Source: Craspedostauros australis (taxonomy: Eukaryota). Taken from it: a DNA stretch of 46,463 nucleotides. Shown one piece after another: positions 19,542 through 27,810 of the stretch. Location of the stretch: NCBI GenBank assembly GCA_030167865.1, contig JALAGF010005870.1, forward strand, positions 1 to 46,463. The letters run 5' to 3'. Below the pieces are notes generated by a model. The model saw only the letters and a list, made by a program, of their open reading frames with translations, did not search any database and was not told the DNA's origin. Positions within the stretch are counted from its first letter, which is position 1; each line of letters begins with the position of its first letter. The translations under genes were made by a program, and so were the position numbers.

Positions 19542-22500
19542 CAGCTCTCTTCTTGAGCTCCCTGTTTTCCTCCATTGTTGCAGCCATCATTTCTTGCATT
19601 TGAGCCATCTGTTCGCGCAGTTCTCTCATCTCCCTCTTCGCCGTCTCTTTTGACCTTCGCGTGCTGCCCGACAGAGTCGACATTGCCGACCTTTGTGTGC
19701 GTGTCTCGAGCATTTCCGCGAGTTTCGCTTCGATGGACACCAGCCTCTTGCTAGTTCCTTCTGTACGCGATGTCTTGTTGGTCGTTGTAGACGCTTTCGT
19801 CCTTTCGTCATTCATCTCCGCTTCTCTTGCAGCTTCCTTCCTAGCTTCCTGGATCGTTGAAATCTTTCTCCATTCCGACGCGTTACGTAGCGATGGGATG
19901 GTATCGTTGTCGCCATAGTCTTTTTCTNNNNNNNNNNNNNNNNNNNNNNNNNNNNNNNNNNNNNNNNNNNNNNNNNNTGCTTCCCGCTCGTTCTGAGCGC
20001 CATCAGCTCTCTTCTTGAGCTCCCTGTTTTCCTCCATTGTTGCAGCCATCATTTCTTGCATTTGAGCCATCTGTTCGCGCAGTTCTCTCATCTCCCTCTT
20101 CGCCGTCTCTTTTGACCTTCGCGTGCTGCCCGACAGAGTCGACATTGCCGACCTTTGTGTGCGTGTCTCGAGCATTTCCGCGAGTTTCGCTTCGATGGAC
20201 ACCAGCCTCTTGCTAGTTCCTTCTGTACGCGATGTCTTGTTGGTNGTTGTAGACGCTTTCGTCCTTTCGTCATTCATCTCCGCTTCTCTTGCAGCTTCCT
20301 TCCTNGCTTCCTGGATCGTTGAAATCTTTCTCCATTCCGACGCGTTACGTAGCGATGGGATGGTATCGTTGTCGCCATAGTCTTTTTCTGGCCTTGCATC
20401 GCATTCTCGTCTGATTCCCTGTTCCTCGATCTCGATGTGTTCTGGCTTCGTGAAGTGCATGTCGTCGTCGCCTTCAAGTGCAGCTTCGACTGCCTTGTCC
20501 TTTTCTGAGATGACTCGGTTTGTTGCAGCATCCCATTTCATGGTCTTGGCTTCCGTTTTTGCCAATGCCGTAAAATACATCTCGATGCCGACTCCGTACT
20601 CTGCTACCAACCTCACCAGCAACCCCTTCACTACCATCTTTGCTTCCATTTCTTTGGCTGGATGGAATTGAAACACATATCCTGACCCTCTCCACCGTTT
20701 GTTCACCGATGTAAACAGCGGGGTGTTAGTGTTCCCGGTGGTGGCTTTGATCTGCATGATCATTGAGCGCAGTGTTTTGCCTTGGCCGACTGGCACCGTT
20801 TCCAGTGACTCGTTGATCAGATCGTATGATGCTACCGCTTTCGCTTCCTCACACCACCCGGCTTGTCGTTCCCTTAAAGCAAACCATCCGTTCCTCACAT
20901 CCGTGTTCACGATGCCTGCCAATGGTGTCACCATTCGCATCCTGATGCCCAGTGGAAATTTCTTTGACGCCGTACCATAGTAATGCATCAGCGTCTCCGT
21001 CACCACATCCTTGTCTTCTGTTGCCGTCTCCACGTGTAGAGCCCTTGCGTCGTTCTCCGTGTTCCTGTCCGGGTCGAATTTGGTGCCATCGGAGATCCTT
21101 TTCCAGTTGGTTGCCACCGGTCGCTTCGTGCGCTTCGTCAGCTCCTCTTCAAGTTCGTCAACTCCTACTTGTCTTGTGGAGTATAGGAGCCATCCGATTG
21201 TTGTGGTTGACGGTGCTTGGATCTTAGCCACGCTGAACCGTCCCTTCTCCACTGCAAAAAAGTCATTGAGCTCGTCAGTGATTTCCTTCACTTTTCCTTC
21301 GCACTCGATTCGCACCTTGTAGTATGCCTTGGCTTTCGTTGCCCCATACAGTGCCTTCGCTCCCTTGAAGAATTTCTTCAATGTCGTCATGTCCTTCGGG
21401 AAATCGTCTAGTGAATGAACTCTGATGTAGTCCTCCTTTGTGTCCCACGGTAGCAACCTGGCTGTTGCATTCACCTGTTGTATGGTGCGTAGGAAGTCCT
21501 TGCATGTTCCAATGACTGCTTCCATTGCCACCTTGACATCCTTGGAGCCTCCTCCTCCGTTCACCGTGATCTGTAGGTCGCAGTACTTGATGTCCTGTTT
21601 CCTTGTCACCACATTGACCTCTGGGTGGACTATTTCCGTCCACGGATCATCCGTGTTGGAATTGTTGCCCACTTGAGTCACCTCATCATTCCCCACCAAC
21701 ATGTTGTCGTGGCCCACTGCTTCGTCTTCGTCGTCTTCCTCTTCGATTCCCGCCATGTTGTCCTCCAGTGCTTCCTCTTCGCCTCCATCTGCTGCTTCCT
21801 CGGTGTTCAGTCTCTTGCTTGGCTGAACATTCTCGCTTCCGTGCGCTGGGCTGACCTCTGCCCTCTTTTTGCTTCGCTGCGCTGCCGCGTCCTCTGTTGT
21901 TATGACTACTACCATCTGTTCCGGTCCTGTATCCCTTCCTCGCCCTCCTTGTCCTGTCTCGCCGTCTTCCGCTGCTTCCTTGTCGTTCTTCTCTTGTCCT
22001 TGGATGCCTCTGCCCTCTGTTGTTTTTTGGCTTTCTGCGTCCTTCCCTTCCTTTGCTTTCGCCTCTTCGTTGTCTTCCCCTTTCTCACCCGTGTCTTTTG
22101 CCTTCTTTTCCATCCTGTCCCATCTGTTGCGTAGGATTTGTCCCATTCTCACTTGTGCTCCTGTGATGTACGCCTTGTTTTTCGCCGCCTTCGAGACTCT
22201 CAAGTCGTAGTCCTCGACGCATTGCTTGCATATCTTCTCGAACCCCTTTTGAAGCTTTTGATGCCCCGTGGGTGAGATTGCTATGCTACACGTCGCATGC
22301 ACTGGGTGACCGCATGCTGCACATCGTAGTTCCGCCCTCGCCTTGGTGGTGAACTTGCACTTCGACCCTGCCGCGCATCCTTGGTTCCCGTCTTTTTCCC
22401 CCTTGCTTCCTTCTGTTGCCCGTTTCTCCATCATTTCCTGTCCGTTGTCTTCACTTCCTCCTTCTGTCGCTTCCCTTGTCTTCTGTTGTTGTTTGTCGTG

Positions 22501-22569
22501 CTCTTCCTTTTCCATTGCCATCTTCCTAATGTAGGCTTCCAGCGGTGCTTGGATGGCTTTGCGCGTCAT
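19402..22569 (-). CDS. LINE ORF1: PHD-like zinc finger, acidic linker, central domain, C-terminal coiled coil (about 901 aa if the gap duplication is collapsed)
   Basis: CAAGSKC...CAACGHPVHATC...CKQC, plus a heptad-like EMRELREQMAQMQEMM segment. It lies upstream of ORF2 and inside the TSDs. Confidence 0.88.
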   Translation of the reverse strand: MTRKAIQAPLEAYIRKMAMEKEEHDKQQQKTREATEGGSEDNGQEMMEKRATEGSKGEKDGNQGCAAGSKCKFTTKARAELRCAACGHPVHATCSIAISPTGHQKLQKGFEKICKQCVEDYDLRVSKAAKNKAYITGAQVRMGQILRNRWDRMEKKAKDTGEKGEDNEEAKAKEGKDAESQKTTEGRGIQGQEKNDKEAAEDGETGQGGRGRDTGPEQMVVVITTEDAAAQRSKKRAEVSPAHGSENVQPSKRLNTEEAADGGEEEALEDNMAGIEEEDDEDEAVGHDNMLVGNDEVTQVGNNSNTDDPWTEIVHPEVNVVTRKQDIKYCDLQITVNGGGGSKDVKVAMEAVIGTCKDFLRTIQQVNATARLLPWDTKEDYIRVHSLDDFPKDMTTLKKFFKGAKALYGATKAKAYYKVRIECEGKVKEITDELNDFFAVEKGRFSVAKIQAPSTTTIGWLLYSTRQVGVDELEEELTKRTKRPVATNWKRISDGTKFDPDRNTENDARALHVETATEDKDVVTETLMHYYGTASKKFPLGIRMRMVTPLAGIVNTDVRNGWFALRERQAGWCEEAKAVASYDLINESLETVPVGQGKTLRSMIMQIKATTGNTNTPLFTSVNKRWRGSGYVFQFHPAKEMEAKMVVKGLLVRLVAEYGVGIEMYFTALAKTEAKTMKWDAATNRVISEKDKAVEAALEGDDDMHFTKPEHIEIEEQGIRRECDARPEKDYGDNDTIPSLRNASEWRKISTIQEXRKEAAREAEMNDERTKASTXTNKTSRTEGTSKRLVSIEAKLAEMLETRTQRSAMSTLSGSTRRSKETAKREMRELREQMAQMQEMMAATMEENRELKKRADGAQNEREAXXXXXXXXXXXXXXXXXEKDYGDNDTIPSLRNASEWRKISTIQEARKEAAREAEMNDERTKASTTTNKTSRTEGTSKRLVSIEAKLAEMLETRTQRSAMSTLSGSTRRSKETAKREMRELREQMAQMQEMMAATMEENRELKKRADGAQNEREARSPQTQRTQKDQPTADDPRSLRENSEAGAAETAPANS
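19516..20389. other. 50-N assembly gap (19928-19977) flanked by identical 412-bp copies (19516-19927 and 19978-20389)
   Basis: The copies are identical apart from two Ns and both abut the gap, as expected for an unmerged contig overlap. Confidence 0.85.
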
Positions 22570-22706
22570 CTTGGTTGGTTTTTTCGTTCGTTGCTTGTCG
22601 TGTTGTTACTGGTTGTCTTCTATTGGTTTGTTGCTGTCTTCTATTTGTTAATCGTGTGTTTTTGCTGCGACAATTTTTTCGGGACTTTTTCGGTCTTTCC
22701 AAAATT

Positions 22707-22723
22707 GTATGCATGGTACAATA
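22707..22723 (+). repeat. Target-site duplication, right copy GTATGCATGGTACAATA
   Basis: Identical to 13368-13384. Confidence 0.92.
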
Positions 22724-22957
22724 CTCCACAAAGACATCCTTTGTATATGCGATGCATACGAGCTAATGGCATCATGTAACATCTGCTTTTACGCTCATAC
22801 ACTAATACATCATTATATACCTGTGCATGGTACATGTATGCGCATGTCTTATGCTCATGCGCCTCCCTCTCTAGCCAACGGGTCTCTCGCCTACCTACGA
22901 GCACGAGCACGAGCACATACCAGGACCCGCAGTGTACCATACTCCATGGAGCACTAA

Positions 22958-25900
22958 CTACACCATGGAAACCTTGCTGGCTTTGTCCATGCTGATTCGA
23001 GCGCTGTCATCATCGTCCGTGCCTTGCAGGAATTGATCAACCCATTGCTCCCCGGTTTGCTCCCAATCGTCACGATTCGCTGTTGCGTTGGCCAACAGCT
23101 CCTTCGTTCGATGTGGAAGGAGATCTGTTCGCTCCAGTTGCCTCAGCAACGGAATGGTGACCTCGTCATATTGCCGCAGCTGCTTGGCGTACCAGTTCTC
23201 GATTGGATCGCATTCTGCACGTCCCGATTGGTATGCCTGGTACGTTTCTGCAAACGACCGCTCACTCCATTCCAGGAACATATTGAATTCCTGCATCATG
23301 TACGATACGTTCGCAATCTTAATGAAGAGATGAAGGACTGAGGTGCTTTTCTTGGCCTGGAGAAGTCGGTGTGATGGCGACGGCGATGGCGACGACTCAT
23401 CGTGGGCAGAGGTGGGACCACGGCGTGGAAATGCTTGCTTCCAACGAGAGGCAGACTTGGCCTGGAGAGTCTTGTCGCTCACGTCCGTAGCAATGACGGA
23501 AGTGACCAACACCTGGCGGAATCTCATCATCTCATCATTCGTCGTGTAGATCGATCGACGCAGATAGTCGAATGCTGGCGTTTGCAGCAGCCACCAAGCA
23601 ATGTGAATGGAGTTTTGCTCTGCCACGCATCGGTTGTTGTACAGGGTTGCGATTGGCGCCATCTCACGAACCAGCTGGTCGTTCGACACCCCGATACGAT
23701 CCACATCCTGGACCAAAGCGGCCAACAGCATCCCCAGCTGGCAGATGGGGTCGGAGATAATCCCAAACGTGCTCTGGTGAAGTCCCGCAAGGCGAGTTCG
23801 CACATTTATAGTGCCTTCGTCGTCGACACCAAAGTGCTTCGATATGGCCTTGTCGAAGCTTTCCTCCAGCAAATTGTGCATGGAGAGCAACGCCATGCAC
23901 GCTCTTTCGAAATTATGGAATTCATTCGGTCGATACGACGATGCCACGGATGACACGAATGCTCTGATTTGATCCCGAAGCTCCCTCCCGACGCTGCTCT
24001 TTGACTCGCTTCTGCATTTGATCTGGCGTGCCAACATCAAGGATTGCATCCGAGGCAGTTCCACCAGTTCTTCGGCTTCGTCTAACACGAAATCGCCCAA
24101 TTCCGTCTTCGATTCTGAGATCGGCGATCTGGAAGATGCCTTCCGATACCCCTTGCTGTCTCGCATGGCGTGTATTCGTTTCATGTACTCCAGAATGATG
24201 TCGACGCATTGATCCATCAAGCCGTCTTCCTGAAATGCTGGGCTGGTCGTAAACGTTGCCATGTTTCGGGAACTTTCGGATTCTGCTACCGTGCTGATTA
24301 GCGATCGCTCTGGCTTGTCGGTGCGGATACTGGCGCCACAGCTCTCCACCATCCTTATCGACGACAATGGAAAGGCCATCTCGTTGTCATCGTCGTTGCT
24401 GTTGCTCTTTCCCCAGCTTTCGTCGAGGCAATTGTCCGGATCGATCCAGTACGTGGACATGTTGCCTCTTCCCTTGACCGACACGTGTTCCCTCCTTGGG
24501 ATGATCCATCCTCCACAGCCCGCAAGGTTGATGAGTTCGGCAGTTTCCACGCTAGCCTGGATCCTCCAGGCACGCGAACTCTTGAGGATTTCGCTCGCGA
24601 TGTCAACCGTATCCCCGAACAAGTCCAGGCCACTTTCACCACCTCCGAAATGGTTGGTCTGGACCTGGCCGCTATGAAGGCCGAATGCCAGCGCTGCGTC
24701 GAAGAAGCGGCTATTCCCAGAGAGTGCCCTGTCGAGCCTCTTGTGACAGTCGCTTGCAAAGCACGTCATCATGACAGCATGATCGTCTTCGGTGCTGGTG
24801 GACGCTGTGGCCGCCACCACCTTGTCCTGAACGATGTCGATCTGTGCAACGTCATGTCGTTTGGAGGCCATGCGCATGGTGCGCTTAATCACGTCCAAGA
24901 GCGCGTACAGATCATCCTCGGAATGCGATCTCTTCCATGACCGCATCCTATCCACGCTTACGCAAAGGATTGTGGCATCCACGAGCTTGTGCGCGTAGTG
25001 CCCCACATGCCCCGCTCCAAAGGCATCGTTGTTGCCCATGTAGGTCTGCGGGGCCGGAGGCACGGATTGTGGAACGGAGACGCTTTCGAACATGTTGTGT
25101 TCGTGTTGCACTTGCCTGTCCCAATCTGGGGGATTAGCCGAGGAGTTCCATCCCGAATCGTAGCCTGAATACTCAGAGCATCCTGTGATGGTCTCGAGCT
25201 CTCTATTCTTCTTCGGGCGGAACTTGTTGCACAGCAGTTCGAGGCCGTACATCCCGAGCAAGACGACGATGGTCAGGAGAAGGAACACTCCGGAGTAGAT
25301 GGAAGGCATGAACGATCTGGAACTCTCGAATGTCTCGTTCGATGGGTAGAGATGCAGGGTGAATGGGCAGTGTTCAAAATCGAGGCCGGGCGTATCGAGG
25401 TCTTCGTCAAGAAAGCCGAAATATACGATGCTGCGCCTTTGGACGAAGTCATTGTATTCGGGATCATGGAAGTCACCGCTGCCCAGAAATGTAGCACCGT
25501 CACCATCCACGCGCATAGAGAATGACTGATGGCACTGATTCTGCACGACGCAGACGATACCATTGACTACGGATGGCAGAGCATTGCCAAACAGCGTCGT
25601 CCAATCAAGTTCGATGCCCAGCATGGCAACCATGCTCTGGTCGGTGGTTTGGCCTTCCTTGTTGCCTTCCTTGCCGTCGTTGCTCTTCTTTGTACTCTGC
25701 TTGTCGAAAATAGGATAGAGGATGGTGCTGATGGGATTTGGATCGTCGAAATCAGACAAGGTGGGATCCGCGGGATCGCCAGCTGAGTTTAGGTTCGTCA
25801 CCTCACTCATCACCATCTTGTTGCTCTCCATGGCACGCTCCACCGTCGTCCACAGCAGCGGATGCGAGAGGAGGTTGTAGTTGACACTCCCAGTTCCCAC

Positions 25901-26758
25901 AATGATTGACTCAGTGTCCATGGAAGTCTGCCATATCGGAACGAACGGACCTTCACCAGAATCCACAATGGGAATTCCATCACCGGAGAGTGTGAAGATA
26001 GAGCTCATGACAGTCTCTCCTTCCTGCGCCGACTTACTGCCCTTCGTGAGAGCAGTGTAGGTTGGGGAACCGTCCTCAACGTACTTGTCGGCACTACCGG
26101 TTGCATCGGTGTGGTTGACTTGGATCTGCACAAAGCTTTCCCAATCCTTGCGATCCTCCGCAGAGACTATCGGCAAAATCCTCAACGAATGCGTTTGAAG
26201 CTGATGGCGTGCGATTGCGGCGGTCCGGTCAAAGTCGGGTAGCTTGACCCTTGGCCACGACTGTCCTGTGTTGGAGGCGAGGACAGTCGCCATCGTGGAA
26301 AATAGATGTAGCGTTTCTATGTTCGTCATCATTTGTTCCTTGAAGCTGTGCATCAATGTGTCGGAGAATGATTTGAACTGTTTGCGTAGAGCAATGGGCA
26401 TATGTGTATCATAGCGCAGCAGAGTGTCACGAAAGCGACCCAGAATCATGAAGCATCGGCGAGCACATGTGAGGTTGCAGTGGAAAAACGAGGATACCAC
26501 GCATGCGACGAAACGAGCGCTTCGCTCATTGAAGTCTGCGATGCATCGTCCTACCAGTATCATGGTGTACCTACTCACCTGTCTCTTCGCGTCATCTTGC
26601 TTATTGTGGAAGCCGTATAGGGCCGTCGTCGCCATCAACGCAATGAGACACAGGAGGGCGAAGACCTCGCATGATCTCTTGGCATATCGGAACGTCTTCG
26701 ACCTGCACGGCAGCATGGGCGGAATGTGATGAGCCGCAGGTTTCATGTTCGGCTGCAT
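22958..26758 (-). CDS. Membrane sensor (CHASE-like) plus class III nucleotide cyclase-like plus cNMP phosphodiesterase-like fusion; exons 26758-26579 and 26377-22958; catalytic residues degenerate
   Basis: Two TM segments flank an extracellular domain (WPRVKLPDF, PIWQTS, NYNLLS, G..DFHDP.Y). Cyclase-like GLHSGQV, LFGDTV, VKGRGNMSTYW. PDE-like FHNFE, AEQNS, VIATD. This is the architecture of the diatom GC/PDE family. Confidence 0.88.
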   Translation of the reverse strand: MQPNMKPAAHHIPPMLPCRSKTFRYAKRSCEVFALLCLIALMATTALYGFHNKQDDAKRQVSRYTMILVGRCIADFNERSARFVACVVSSFFHCNLTCARRCFMILGRFRDTLLRYDTHMPIALRKQFKSFSDTLMHSFKEQMMTNIETLHLFSTMATVLASNTGQSWPRVKLPDFDRTAAIARHQLQTHSLRILPIVSAEDRKDWESFVQIQVNHTDATGSADKYVEDGSPTYTALTKGSKSAQEGETVMSSIFTLSGDGIPIVDSGEGPFVPIWQTSMDTESIIVGTGSVNYNLLSHPLLWTTVERAMESNKMVMSEVTNLNSAGDPADPTLSDFDDPNPISTILYPIFDKQSTKKSNDGKEGNKEGQTTDQSMVAMLGIELDWTTLFGNALPSVVNGIVCVVQNQCHQSFSMRVDGDGATFLGSGDFHDPEYNDFVQRRSIVYFGFLDEDLDTPGLDFEHCPFTLHLYPSNETFESSRSFMPSIYSGVFLLLTIVVLLGMYGLELLCNKFRPKKNRELETITGCSEYSGYDSGWNSSANPPDWDRQVQHEHNMFESVSVPQSVPPAPQTYMGNNDAFGAGHVGHYAHKLVDATILCVSVDRMRSWKRSHSEDDLYALLDVIKRTMRMASKRHDVAQIDIVQDKVVAATASTSTEDDHAVMMTCFASDCHKRLDRALSGNSRFFDAALAFGLHSGQVQTNHFGGGESGLDLFGDTVDIASEILKSSRAWRIQASVETAELINLAGCGGWIIPRREHVSVKGRGNMSTYWIDPDNCLDESWGKSNSNDDDNEMAFPLSSIRMVESCGASIRTDKPERSLISTVAESESSRNMATFTTSPAFQEDGLMDQCVDIILEYMKRIHAMRDSKGYRKASSRSPISESKTELGDFVLDEAEELVELPRMQSLMLARQIKCRSESKSSVGRELRDQIRAFVSSVASSYRPNEFHNFERACMALLSMHNLLEESFDKAISKHFGVDDEGTINVRTRLAGLHQSTFGIISDPICQLGMLLAALVQDVDRIGVSNDQLVREMAPIATLYNNRCVAEQNSIHIAWWLLQTPAFDYLRRSIYTTNDEMMRFRQVLVTSVIATDVSDKTLQAKSASRWKQAFPRRGPTSAHDESSPSPSPSHRLLQAKKSTSVLHLFIKIANVSYMMQEFNMFLEWSERSFAETYQAYQSGRAECDPIENWYAKQLRQYDEVTIPLLRQLERTDLLPHRTKELLANATANRDDWEQTGEQWVDQFLQGTDDDDSARISMDKASKVSMV
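26378..26578 (-). other. Spliceosomal intron (201 nt, phase 0, no in-frame stop)
   Basis: CAG|GTGAGT donor at 26578 and ...AAACAG| acceptor at 26378. Removal joins DDAKRQ to FKSFSD. Confidence 0.75.
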
Positions 26759-27218
26759 CTCTTTCGTTCCTCAGAATCAGAAGAACTGTGATGCTTGCTG
26801 TTGGACGTAAACTTGAATGTGAATGTGAAGATGCGGACGCGGACGCGGAATCGGAGTCGGTGGAGCCCACGAAGAATTCAAGGGAGTTCCAATGCAGACG
26901 GAACGTTCTTTGCTGGCCTTGACTGTGCCAATAGTGCTGCTGGCGAGGATGAAGGATTGGGCATGTAGTGTGCTTTTGGCTGTTTGCTGTTGGTTATCTC
27001 TTGCTGGCGGAAGCGAGGTAGGAATGGTAGGGTTGAGGATGCTGAAACCTGCCAATTGCTGTGCACGAGTGAGACTGCGTCCCAGCGCGAATTTGGATAT
27101 ATGTGCGAGCAATGGATGTACCGTACGATTACTCCTGTTCACATCCAACAAGCACATGTAGATCGGATCCTCTCATTGGAATGTCATCACACGAAATGCG
27201 TGGCAACGTAGAGTAGTG

Positions 27219-27263
27219 GCAGCAGCAACAGCAGCAGCAACAACAACAACAACAACAACAACA
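27219..27263 (+). repeat. (CAG/CAA)n microsatellite in the divergent intergenic region
   Basis: Directly visible. Confidence 0.9.
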
Positions 27264-27810
27264 AACGACAGCAGCTCCAACAACACCATCGCCTGTTACC
27301 GAGCAGAGATCGGTTGTGGTGGAGAGTATCAGTTTTGATTCCATTTTCATCCTTCCAATCGCTCAGTTGGCAACATGTCGCACATGCCGTTGATTTGCAA
27401 ATTTCCGAGGTGCGCACAAAAGATGTGACAGGGTTGGGGGGAGATCCGGCAAACATGATACGATCGCATATCTGACAATCTCATCCGGAATATTCGCGCG
27501 TGATTCCGACCACATCGATCGAATGGACTCGATCGAGCACTCGGGGTCCTTTCACGACAGCCAAATGTTCTCCGTTCGTGTTGTGATCTTCTTTTCTGCA
27601 TCCACCCATCCATCGCCCTCTCCGTCACTCGCCCTGTCCTTGCGTTTTGTGGAGCGTCGCGTTGTGGTGTGTTGGGTCTGGTTTTTGGTCGTCACGACAT
27701 TGCCACCACATGCTCTGTCCGAACACGCGATTTTCCGCTAAAAGTTTGTGAACAACGGTTTTTGCAGCGGTCGATTTTGCTGCCCGCATCGGCATCGCAC
27801 AAACGACGAC

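Larger units (their letters stand above)
13385..22706 (-). mobile_element. Full-length non-LTR retrotransposon (LINE), probably the diatom Ambal-like clade
   Basis: Two long ORFs (PHD-like ORF1; APE-RT-RNH-CCHC ORF2), a 137-nt 5' UTR, a ~210-nt 3' UTR ending in a (TAT)n tail, and flanking 17-bp direct repeats. The clade is inferred from architecture and host. Confidence 0.93.

Noticed and set aside
14089..19556. Several long plus-strand ORFs inside the LINE
   Set aside because: Explained by the pyrimidine-rich strand having few stop codons; no recognisable domains.
19516..20389. Apparent tandem duplication of the ORF1 C-terminus (154 extra aa)
   Set aside because: Identical copies abut a round-number 50-N gap, and the frame is kept only because 412+50 is divisible by 3. 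Most likely an unmerged contig overlap; long reads would settle it.
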